Below the pieces are notes generated by a model. It did no database searches. It had not been told where the DNA came from and was given only the letters and a program-made list of their open reading frames with translations. Positions 17,803 to 26,197 of a DNA stretch of 54,221 nucleotides are shown here, one piece after another. The stretch lies in NCBI GenBank assembly GCA_001189105.1, contig LFCL01000009.1, positions 1 to 54,221 of the forward strand. Direction: 5' to 3'. The DNA is from Parcubacteria bacterium C7867-002 (GTDB lineage: Bacteria > Patescibacteriota > Minisyncoccia > Phycocordibacterales > PALSA-1337). The position numbers and the translations under genes were made by a program. How positions within the stretch are numbered: the first letter of the stretch is position 1; each line of letters begins with the position of its first letter.

Positions 17803-19113
17803 CTAAACAGGAATTCTCTTCACCTCCGCGCCCAATGCCGTTAACTGCTCCTCTAATTTCTCATATCCACGATCGATCAGATGGACATTATGAACCTTAA
17901 AACTTCCCGTCCCTACGAGCGCAGCCAAGACAATTGCAAACCCAGCACGAATATCATGTGCACGTAATTCATCCATCTCCGGAAGTTGTACCAGCGGTGT
18001 TGGGCCTTTGATCAAAATCTCACGCGGATTCATGATCGTAATATGCGCACCCATTTTGGAAAGATCTTCGGCATACTTGAAACGTCCTTCAAAAATAGTT
18101 TCAAAAATCATACTCTCCCCTTCTACCTGAGTCAGATATGTCACGATCGGTGCCTGTAAGTCCGTCGGGAAACCTGGGTACTCATGCGTACGAATATTAA
18201 AAGGCTTGATTTTTTTACCTCCGCGTACCGTAATAGTATCCACGCCAATATCCATTTCCACTCCTGAATCACGGAGCACATTAATCACCGACTCCACATG
18301 TTTGGGCTGACAATTTTTAATAGTTAATGACTTTGCACACAAGGCTCCAAGGATAAGGAAACTGCCTGCTTCAATACGATCAGGAATAGCAGTGTATGAT
18401 TGTTTTGAATTTAAAAGTTTGCCGCCTGTGCCTTCAATCTCGATAGTGGTTGTGCCCGCGCCCGTAATATGTGCCCCTGCTGCATTGAGCCATTCAGCCA
18501 CATTCACGATCTCGGGTTCCATGGCACAATTTTTCAAAACGGTTTTTCCTTTACCCAAAACCGCTGCCATCATCAACGTCTCTGTGCCTCCCACCGATTG
18601 GATATTAAAAAAGAGCTCAGTACTTTGTATTCCTGTAGGAGCGGAAATCGAATACGTACGATCATCGATCAAATCTACGACGGCACCCATCTTTTTATAT
18701 CCTTCAATAAACAGATCGATCGGGCGTGTACCGATAACACAACCTCCTGGCGCAGGAAACGTCACGTTACCAAAACGTGCGAGCAGGGGACCTGTCAAAA
18801 CAACCGATGAGCGCATATTCTGTGCCAACTCCGTATCAATCGCCGTATGTGAAATAGAAGACGGGTCAATAACAATAGTATGTACAGATTGTTTGGTGAC
18901 TTTGGCCCCCAGTTTGGAAAGAATATCAATCATCAAACCCACATCATTTGTATCCGGAATATTGTCGAGCGTTACCGGTCCATCAAACAGCACCGCTGCT
19001 GCCAACGCTTTGAGTGCGGCGTTTTTTGCTCCGTGAATACCTATAGTCCCTTGGAGTTTATGTTCTCCAGCCAAACCTTTTATCGTAAATGCTTCTTTGA
19101 ACGTAGGATTCAT
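17803..19113 (-). CDS. murA: UDP-N-acetylglucosamine 1-carboxyvinyltransferase
   Basis: 436 aa with full-length MurA architecture (GAKNAALK..., catalytic Cys region PGGCVIGTRPID). Confidence 0.95.
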   Translation of the reverse strand: MNPTFKEAFTIKGLAGEHKLQGTIGIHGAKNAALKALAAAVLFDGPVTLDNIPDTNDVGLMIDILSKLGAKVTKQSVHTIVIDPSSISHTAIDTELAQNMRSSVVLTGPLLARFGNVTFPAPGGCVIGTRPIDLFIEGYKKMGAVVDLIDDRTYSISAPTGIQSTELFFNIQSVGGTETLMMAAVLGKGKTVLKNCAMEPEIVNVAEWLNAAGAHITGAGTTTIEIEGTGGKLLNSKQSYTAIPDRIEAGSFLILGALCAKSLTIKNCQPKHVESVINVLRDSGVEMDIGVDTITVRGGKKIKPFNIRTHEYPGFPTDLQAPIVTYLTQVEGESMIFETIFEGRFKYAEDLSKMGAHITIMNPREILIKGPTPLVQLPEMDELRAHDIRAGFAIVLAALVGTGSFKVHNVHLIDRGYEKLEEQLTALGAEVKRIPV

Positions 19114-19115
19114 AT

Positions 19116-19221
19116 GGATTCAGTAAGAACATATTTTTTCATTCAAAACAAGATGCTATACAAATACGCGCACCTGTACTTTATCTGGTTTTGAATGAAA
19201 AAATATGTTCTTACTGAATCC
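19116..19221. repeat. Perfect 34-bp inverted repeat with a 38-nt loop in the murA/priA divergent region
   Basis: 19116-19149 GGATTCAGTAAGAACATATTTTTTCATTCAAAAC is the exact reverse complement of 19188-19221. The left arm starts 3 nt upstream of the murA ATG. Confidence 0.9.
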
Positions 19222-19281
19222 CACTATTCTAATGGACCATGGTCAATTTCACAAATAAGCCAAGAGTGCTATAAATAGCCT

Positions 19282-21198
19282 ATGTATATCATCACCGTCA
19301 TCCCCCTGACTCGATCAAAGGTTAATGATACCCTCTCCTACTTCACCGCATCCGAGATACCTGTCGGGGCCATTGTCTCCGTACCTCTCCGCTCCAAAAG
19401 TATTCATGCCATTATCATCGAATCACGCGCTGCCGAAGATCTAAAATCGGAAATCAAAAAAGCACCTTATGAGATCCGCAAACTCAGTAAAGTCAAAGCA
19501 ACCGCTTTTTTTCCTACGTCTTTTCTCGATTCGTGCCGTCTGTTAGCTGACTATTATGCCACTACCCCCGGTGCTGTCATTGATGCATTAGTTGCGGATG
19601 TTCTCTTAACAAACGCACATAAGATTGCTCCCCCACTTGTACATATTGCCCAAGAGCAACCTACAAAATCATCCTCTTCGCGTAAAAATGCCGATGGGTA
19701 CGCAATCCAAGGTGACACCACCGATCGCCACAGTTCATGGCGTAGTCTGATTCGTCAAAAATTTGCCCACGCACAATCGATCGTCTTCTATGCCCCCACC
19801 ATCGAAGATGCGAAAACACTGTGTGCAGCACTAGAAAAAGGTATTGAGGGATATATTTTCATATTACATTCTGGTCTTACTCCCAAAAAAGCCATTGAAA
19901 CCTGGACCAAGATCGCCGAGAGTACACATCCCGTCGTTATTATTGCGACCGGCTCATTCCTTCTTCTTCCTCGTTCGGACATTGAAACAGTGATTATCGA
20001 ACGTGAAAACAGTCGCGGCTGGATCACGCAGAAGGCACCGTATCTTGATATACGCCACGCACTGGAAACATGTCATCGTGCCGAACGTCGCACCGTCTAT
20101 CTTTCCGACAGTTTATTGCGCACCGAAACACTTCACCGTCTCGGTGAACATGATATATACGAAGGATCACCTTTCAAATGGCGTTCGGTCTCGACGGCAC
20201 ACGATACCCTCATCGACATGAAAGCCTACAAAGCTGCTGAAAATAATTTCCGCGTAATCTCTCCTGAACTCGAAACACTCATCCGTCAGAACCAAGAAGG
20301 TAGCACTCACCTTTTCATTCTCACCCTCCGTCGCGGCATTTCTCCCTCAACCGTCTGTTCAGATTGCGAAACCATTGTGACATGTCACACCTGTTCAGCA
20401 CCGGTCGTCCTTCACACCTCAAAAGAAACCGGCAAAAACTTTTTCATGTGCCACACCTGTGGTGAACGCCGGAGTGCTGCCGAGATGTGCTCGGTATGCG
20501 GAGGATGGAGACTGACCCCTCTCGGTATTGGTATCGAACGGGTTGAGGAAGAAATCCGTGCTCGATTTCCCGAAGTGGAGATCTTTAAAATAGACGCGGA
20601 TACGACCACGACTGACGAAAAAATACACAGTACGGTACGATCTTTTTTGGCACGACCCGGAAGCATCCTTTTGGGTACAGAAATGACACTTACTTATTTA
20701 CCTGACAAGATTGACCATATCGCCATTGCTTCCCTCGACTCCCTTTTTGCATTACCTGATTTTCGTATTCAGGAAAAAATAATGTATCTCCTCGTACGCC
20801 TCCGGAGCATGGCCACACGTTCGATACTGGTACAAACCCGTCGTGCCGAAGAAAAAGTATTTGAATATGGTCTCAAGGGTAACCTCAGTGATTTCTATCG
20901 TGCCACACTCGAAGAACGACATCAGTTCACTTACCCTCCTTTTGGCACACTCATCAAGATAAGTATTGAGGGCAAGAAAGATGCTATTGCCGAAGAAATG
21001 GCGCATATTCAAAAAATTATCGAACCTCATCATATCGACATCTTCCCTGCATTTACCGCAAGCGTCCGAGGAAACTCCGTCATCCATGGATTACTCAAAC
21101 TCACCTCCCACACTTGGCCCACGGTCACCCTGGTCAACAAACTCCGCTCCCTATCGCCATCGATCAAGGTGAAAATAAATCCAGAGAGTTTGCTGTAA
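19282..21198 (+). CDS. priA: PriA-like primosomal protein N' with degenerate ATPase motifs
   Basis: N-terminal 3'-DNA-binding-like region, a Cys-rich zinc cluster (CSDCETIVTCHTC...CHTCG...CSVCGG) and a C-terminal PriA domain. GDTTDRHS stands at the Walker A position and IIEREN at the DEEH position. Confidence 0.75.
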   Translation: MYIITVIPLTRSKVNDTLSYFTASEIPVGAIVSVPLRSKSIHAIIIESRAAEDLKSEIKKAPYEIRKLSKVKATAFFPTSFLDSCRLLADYYATTPGAVIDALVADVLLTNAHKIAPPLVHIAQEQPTKSSSSRKNADGYAIQGDTTDRHSSWRSLIRQKFAHAQSIVFYAPTIEDAKTLCAALEKGIEGYIFILHSGLTPKKAIETWTKIAESTHPVVIIATGSFLLLPRSDIETVIIERENSRGWITQKAPYLDIRHALETCHRAERRTVYLSDSLLRTETLHRLGEHDIYEGSPFKWRSVSTAHDTLIDMKAYKAAENNFRVISPELETLIRQNQEGSTHLFILTLRRGISPSTVCSDCETIVTCHTCSAPVVLHTSKETGKNFFMCHTCGERRSAAEMCSVCGGWRLTPLGIGIERVEEEIRARFPEVEIFKIDADTTTTDEKIHSTVRSFLARPGSILLGTEMTLTYLPDKIDHIAIASLDSLFALPDFRIQEKIMYLLVRLRSMATRSILVQTRRAEEKVFEYGLKGNLSDFYRATLEERHQFTYPPFGTLIKISIEGKKDAIAEEMAHIQKIIEPHHIDIFPAFTASVRGNSVIHGLLKLTSHTWPTVTLVNKLRSLSPSIKVKINPESLL

Positions 21199-21215
21199 TA
21201 TATGACACCTCGGAA

Positions 21216-21330
21216 GAGAGGAGGATGTGTGCAATTACAAGAAAATCAATTGTGAATGTCGCAAACCTTAGTAGCGCACCGGCTCATACTAATGCGGTGA
21301 TTTTCTTGTAATTGCACACATCTTCCTCTC
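21216..21330. repeat. 33-bp inverted repeat (one G:T) with a 49-nt loop between priA and def
   Basis: 21216-21248 GAGAGGAGGATGTGTGCAATTACAAGAAAATCA pairs with 21298-21330 TGATTTTCTTGTAATTGCACACATCTTCCTCTC. Confidence 0.9.
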
Positions 21331-21375
21331 CTTGCCCCAGTTTACTGTTTACCAATTTCCTGGTATATTTTCGCC

Positions 21376-21909
21376 ATGATCGAAATCGTCCAACGCGAAA
21401 ACCCTGTCCTCAGAGACAAGGCCCTTGAAGTCTCCCTGAATGACATTCATTCACCCCATTTCAAAAAAGTCCTTGCCGATATGAAAACGGCTCTCGACTC
21501 CCAACAAGACGGTATCGCTATTGCTGCACCTCAGATTGGAGTTTCATTACGGATATTCCTAGTATCAGGTTCATTACTCAAGGAAGCCGATCCGACGTAC
21601 ACTGGCGATGGTTCTGATCTTACTTTTATCAACCCGACCATTACTCGCCTTTCCCGTGACAAAAAAGACACCGAGGAAGGATGCCTCTCTGTCCGTTGGT
21701 TATACGGAAAAGTTCCCCGTTCTACCAAAGTCACCTTACGGGCATACAATGAAAAAGGTGAGAAAATAGAACGTGGTGCCAGCGGACTCCTAGCGCAAAT
21801 TTTCCAACACGAAATAGATCACCTGGATGGAATCCTCTTCATCGATAAGGCCACGGATCTCTGGGAAATGGATCCCGAGGAAGTACAGAAGTTACAAAAT
21901 CAAAAGTAA
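21376..21909 (+). CDS. def: Peptide deformylase
   Basis: GIAIAAPQIG, EGCLS and HEIDH motifs. Confidence 0.95.
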   Translation: MIEIVQRENPVLRDKALEVSLNDIHSPHFKKVLADMKTALDSQQDGIAIAAPQIGVSLRIFLVSGSLLKEADPTYTGDGSDLTFINPTITRLSRDKKDTEEGCLSVRWLYGKVPRSTKVTLRAYNEKGEKIERGASGLLAQIFQHEIDHLDGILFIDKATDLWEMDPEEVQKLQNQK

Positions 21910-22776
21910 ATGTCTCACTCACCCATTCGATTTTCTTTTTTTGGCTCATCACGTTTTTCCGTTCTCATATTGGACGAACTCGAACGTGCAGGACTTTTAC
22001 CTATCTCAATTATTACGACTCCGGACAAACCACAAGGACGACATATGACCATGACTCCGACTCCCGTTAAAGCGTGGGCAATAGAAAGAAATATTCCTGT
22101 GCATGATCCGGAAAAACTAGACTCTGCTTTTATAGAAAAAATTGCAGCTGAAGGAGCGGACGTTTTTGTGGTTGCATCCTATGGCAAAATAATTCCTGAA
22201 TCTATTATCAACATCCCTCCCCGGAAGACGCTCAATATCCACCCCTCTCTGCTTCCCCATTTTCGCGGCGCATCCCCTTTACAATCAGCGATTCTCAATG
22301 ACACAAAAGATACCGGTGTCACTTTGATGAGAATTGATGAAAAAATGGACCATGGACCGATCGTCTCCCAGGAGAAGGTTCATATTATAGAGTGGCCAAC
22401 GTACGATACATTGGAAAAAGAAATGGCCGAAAAAGGAGCACGGCTTTTAATACGTACTCTGCCGGGATGGATCGAGGGTTCTCTTTCTGAACAAGAACAA
22501 GATCATGCAGCAGCGACATTTACCAAAAAAATTACCAAGGAAGACGGGCTGATCGATCTGAACGGAGATGCCTATTCCAATTTCCTCAAAATCCAAGCTT
22601 TTCATACCTGGCCGCAGGCATATTTTTTCCACGAACACGGTGGCAGAAAAATCCGCGTCAAAATAACCGAAGCATCATATCGCGACGGTCATCTTGATAT
22701 TACGCGCGTCATTCCGGAAGGAAGCAAGGAAATCTCCTATCAGGATTTCCAACGGGGTTACCGCGCGCTGTCATAA
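21910..22776 (+). CDS. fmt: Methionyl-tRNA formyltransferase
   Basis: The formyltransferase N-domain (HPSLLPHFRGASP) plus a C-terminal domain. It abuts def. Confidence 0.9.
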   Translation: MSHSPIRFSFFGSSRFSVLILDELERAGLLPISIITTPDKPQGRHMTMTPTPVKAWAIERNIPVHDPEKLDSAFIEKIAAEGADVFVVASYGKIIPESIINIPPRKTLNIHPSLLPHFRGASPLQSAILNDTKDTGVTLMRIDEKMDHGPIVSQEKVHIIEWPTYDTLEKEMAEKGARLLIRTLPGWIEGSLSEQEQDHAAATFTKKITKEDGLIDLNGDAYSNFLKIQAFHTWPQAYFFHEHGGRKIRVKITEASYRDGHLDITRVIPEGSKEISYQDFQRGYRALS

Positions 22777-22946
22777 ACAGAACTCGAGAGATTCTCACCA
22801 ATCATGGCGGCCTTTTCTGCTACATAATATACGACTGTCCAAAAACAAAAGACGGCAATAAAAGCGATACACAACCACTGGTTAACCACCTGCTTGCCGG
22901 ACGCCATATCAAAGAAAGAACTCTTGTGCATGTAAGGTAGAGGATA

Positions 22947-23318
22947 TTACTTTTTCCACGGCCACAAACCTTTCATCATTGCTTTGACACGTGTACCTCC
23001 GCGACGAACGAGAGAAATCTGTTTTTCTTTGTGTGCAGTGAGCTCACGCATAACGTCGTTTTGCACATCGTCGATCGCAATATAGAGATCTTCTTTTTCG
23101 GAACTGGCATAGATATTCTTACCTGCACCGACAAGGTGAATTTCTGCTTTGAATATATCCCCTTTGTTGTGGTGACCGGTCGTACGTGCAAGCTCAACAT
23201 CACAGTGTGCCGATGGATCATCACCCACAATCTTTCCTATTTTCTCAAGACGCTTGTGAACATACTCCGTAAGCGCATCTGATGACATTACATTGGTTGT
23301 CTTGATGTTTATATTCAT
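22947..23318 (-). CDS. hpf: Ribosome hibernation promoting factor / RaiA family
   Basis: 123 aa: MNINIKTTNV...EYVHKRLEKI...AEIHL... pattern of the sigma-54 modulation/S30EA family. Confidence 0.85.
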   Translation of the reverse strand: MNINIKTTNVMSSDALTEYVHKRLEKIGKIVGDDPSAHCDVELARTTGHHNKGDIFKAEIHLVGAGKNIYASSEKEDLYIAIDDVQNDVMRELTAHKEKQISLVRRGGTRVKAMMKGLWPWKK

Positions 23319-23385
23319 GGGATGGGTGTTAGTTGATAATACTCTTAGTATTATAGCTCATGCACCATGAGCAGCAAGATGCGTA

Positions 23386-23649
23386 TCAACTCTTTTTCAC
23401 AGTAATAGAAAAGAGTTTTGATGGGGAGTGGTGACCCTTGACCATCCTGACAGTCTGACCTGCATACTCTCTTCTCATGATTTCCAAAATACGGTCATTT
23501 GCAGCATTGTCCCGCGGTGATTCTTTTACATATACCGCAAAACGTGACCCTGACAGTCTTTTGATTATTTCTTTTTTAGAATCGGGATACGCCCGTACAT
23601 GGATATGCATATTTTGATTTGATACGGTGAATGTGCTACATTTTCTCAT
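23386..23649 (-). CDS. DUF167 (YggU-like) family protein
   Basis: 87 aa: IHVRAYPDSKKEIIKR...FAVYVKESPRDNAANDRILE...VKGHHSPSKLF matches the DUF167 pattern. Confidence 0.65.
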   Translation of the reverse strand: MRKCSTFTVSNQNMHIHVRAYPDSKKEIIKRLSGSRFAVYVKESPRDNAANDRILEIMRREYAGQTVRMVKGHHSPSKLFSITVKKS

Positions 23650-23673
23650 GTTCGACCTAATAAGGATACATAT

Positions 23674-23748
23674 TCCGGGATAGCTCAGCGGTAGAGCAGT
23701 CGCCTGTTAAGCGATTGGTCGCAGGTTCGAATCCTGCTCCCGGAGCCA
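23674..23748 (+). tRNA. tRNA-Asn (anticodon GTT), CCA encoded
   Basis: Acceptor TCCGGGA/TCCCGGA, D-arm AGCTCAGCGGTAGAGC, anticodon loop CTGTTAA, T-arm GCAGGTTCGAATCCTGC, 3' GCCA. Confidence 0.93.
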
Positions 23749-23896
23749 TGAACGAACGCAGTGAGTGAAGGGTGACGGGAAGCAAAGCCCCTACGGGCTT
23801 TGCGGGCAGGATTCGAAAAGTCTGAGCATGTCGTAGCGAGTTCCGAGCTTGTGAGGAACGAAGCGAGACGCGAAGACTGTACCGAGTCTGTAAGAC

Positions 23897-23917
23897 TCGA
23901 ATCCTGCTCCCGGAGCC
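23897..23917 (+). repeat. 21-nt direct duplicate of the tRNA-Asn 3' end (att-like)
   Basis: TCGAATCCTGCTCCCGGAGCC at 23897-23917 is identical to 23727-23747 inside the tRNA. Confidence 0.85.
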
Positions 23918-24122
23918 CAACAGGGTTATGAGCCACATCTAGTATTAGATTGAATGGTTTTCGTAGCTCAAAATCTAGCTTCTTTCCCGATACAGTCGGG
24001 TTCTGAAGTAGGAAGTTCAAAAACGCTCTTTTTTCATGGGGTTCAGAACTTTGGAATATCTCTTTCAGGTAATAAAAATCCCTGTCACCACGAATGATGA
24101 CAGGGCTGAACCGTGAAAACGG

Positions 24123-25508
24123 TTAATTTTCCTTAATCCGAAAGAACTTGTTCCCGTTTGTAACAGTGACGGAAAACTGGATCGTATCAGAGACAGTGTT
24201 TGTCGTCAGATCATTATTCCAAGTCGTCAGATTTGTGGACCATTGTAGAGTGTAAGAAACCTGAGGCTTACAAACAATCTCAAAAGTGGCCACACCATTA
24301 GTCGCTGTTTGTAGGAAGAACTTGGGTTGAAATATCTGGATCACATCAATAAACGAAGTGGTCGATGAAAGAACGGACTTTCCAATTGATGCGCCACCAA
24401 CGTACGTCGCGCCAACACTGCTCTGAGCGACTGAGATTACTTCGTCCGTCGTCCAGAGGAAACTGCCAGTCTCCGAACCAGTCAGCACTTCGCACCAAAG
24501 CAGAAGTTCCTTTATCTGACCATTTGTGACAGTCAGATTTACAGGAAAATCAACCTTTACACTGTACTGATCGTTCGAAGAAGGTTTGTAACTTAATGTG
24601 TTAGTTCTCAATGCCTGACTTCCATTCTTAAGGGTAAACTTCAGAGAAAGCCAGTTGGTTGAAAAACTCGTTAATATGATCGCGACATTAGTTACGGCCA
24701 CATTGTTAGTAGCAAGCGTGGTGTCCAAGAAGACCGATCCGCAAATAGCACTATCACCCCGAGCGATTGCATACGCATCGTTTGCTGCGAGCGACATTCG
24801 TAGGCCCACTGTCACAATGTCTACTTCCCCAAAAAAATTGATGATCCGACATCGTTCATTAAGGAGAAAGAAGAGGTGAGGACCATCTGCAAGATTATGG
24901 GAAGCTAGAGGGTACGCCGATGGCAATGAGGTTGGATACGGCATCACTACTGACTGAGTACCATTTTCTGTAGTCATGACTAGGTTGGTGACAAGAAAAC
25001 CATAATCTCCAATATGGAGTGCCGGACTTTCAAATGTCACCTGACACGTATCGTTGCTCTGGAAACCGCTCCAGATTATTGTATTGGTGCGATATTGCCC
25101 CGGAAGCCAAGGGCTTTGGTCATTGAGATGACCTTCCAGACTTGCTGGTCCAGTAACCCGGACAAAACCGCTGCTAACCGTTTCGTTGACTGTCATATTT
25201 GTGCCGACCAGACGAATCTTGTACTGATATTCAGACGGATACCCTACGGGAAGTAGGATGAATCTGTTTGTTCCTGCAGGAAGAACCGATTCGTAAAGTC
25301 CGTGATCGTTCACAAACTGTACTCCATTCGTGTCAAACCAATCGATGTACAAAGTGACGTGCACGTTTTCCGAATTCGTCCAGCGTACCGTATGTGCTCC
25401 GTTCCTTGGGAGATTTTCGCCTCCCAATGGATACAGAAGCGACATCTGAGCGTGCGCCGAGATCACCTGGCTCCCGGCCAAGATGAGTGTCGACAATACC
25501 TTTTTCAT
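24123..25508 (-). CDS. Secreted hypothetical protein (signal peptide, beta-rich)
   Basis: 461 aa. N-terminus MKKVLSTLILAGSQVISAHA; Thr/Ser/Asn/Val-rich body. I recognise no family. Confidence 0.6.
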   Translation of the reverse strand: MKKVLSTLILAGSQVISAHAQMSLLYPLGGENLPRNGAHTVRWTNSENVHVTLYIDWFDTNGVQFVNDHGLYESVLPAGTNRFILLPVGYPSEYQYKIRLVGTNMTVNETVSSGFVRVTGPASLEGHLNDQSPWLPGQYRTNTIIWSGFQSNDTCQVTFESPALHIGDYGFLVTNLVMTTENGTQSVVMPYPTSLPSAYPLASHNLADGPHLFFLLNERCRIINFFGEVDIVTVGLRMSLAANDAYAIARGDSAICGSVFLDTTLATNNVAVTNVAIILTSFSTNWLSLKFTLKNGSQALRTNTLSYKPSSNDQYSVKVDFPVNLTVTNGQIKELLLWCEVLTGSETGSFLWTTDEVISVAQSSVGATYVGGASIGKSVLSSTTSFIDVIQIFQPKFFLQTATNGVATFEIVCKPQVSYTLQWSTNLTTWNNDLTTNTVSDTIQFSVTVTNGNKFFRIKEN

Positions 25509-25608
25509 TATTACTTTCCTTCGGTTCGAGTTTATATTGAACTATCCGAGTAGACGATATCACGAAGTTGTAAATAGCAGAAGTTTCACAAAGTAAAATA
25601 AGTCTGGT

Positions 25609-26133
25609 ATGCTCTTTGTTATGAAGAAAAAAATCTTAATTCTAGGGATCTTCGCATGTGTAGTTCTGGTGGCTATTTTGTGTGGAGTCGGTCAAGTATT
25701 TTTAGATCAAAATGATACCGACGTAATGCCGATAGCTAATAATCCAGACTCATTAGATACTGAAAAGATTTATGAAGTAAGTGGGTATTATTCTACGTAT
25801 GATATTTTGATGTATCCATTAGACTACGATCCGAATCGTGATCCATATCCAGCTACAACAACCTGTTCAGTCTTTATAGTCTTGGATGGTGCCGAACAAC
25901 TAACTTCAGATCCGGTGCTTGTTTCCAATTTTGATCATTATTTCAAAAGAGTGAATAGTAACGGTAACATTGTTTTTAATGTAGATCCAAATGACTTACC
26001 TTCTGTAAACAAAGAAGCCCTATTAGAATCAACAGTAGATTTTCCGATTGATCTGAAAATAAAAATGAAAACACCACTTGAACGAGATGCGTATTACTGT
26101 GAAGGACCAGTCAATTTAATTTCCGTAAACTAG
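25609..26133 (+). CDS. Membrane-anchored or secreted hypothetical protein
   Basis: 174 aa with an N-terminal hydrophobic helix (ILILGIFACVVLVAILCGV). No recognisable motif. Confidence 0.55.
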   Translation: MLFVMKKKILILGIFACVVLVAILCGVGQVFLDQNDTDVMPIANNPDSLDTEKIYEVSGYYSTYDILMYPLDYDPNRDPYPATTTCSVFIVLDGAEQLTSDPVLVSNFDHYFKRVNSNGNIVFNVDPNDLPSVNKEALLESTVDFPIDLKIKMKTPLERDAYYCEGPVNLISVN

Positions 26134-26197
26134 TAGTTAAAAAAATAAAAAAGACACCCCGATTAAAAGGTGCCCATTAAGTACTGATACCACCTCA

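Noticed and set aside
18392-19036. A 214-aa ORF antisense to murA. Similar long antisense ORFs occur at 12407-12880 in rseP, 38850-39515 in rnr, 46990-47550 in the HAD gene and 5143-5592 in lysK.
   Set aside because: Each lies fully inside a gene with strong family motifs on the other strand. They are typical shadow ORFs.
22777-22931. A possible ~50-aa small membrane ORF on the - strand (MHKSSFFDMASGKQVVNQWLCIAFIAVFCFW...) between fmt and hpf.
   Set aside because: It is below the ORF-track threshold, has no clear RBS and runs into the fmt 3' end. The evidence is insufficient to call it.
23657-24020. Two - strand ORFs (93 and 111 aa) covering tRNA-Asn and the duplicated tRNA 3' end.
   Set aside because: They overlap a bona fide tRNA and repeat sequence, and their translations are low-complexity Ser/Arg/Leu-rich.
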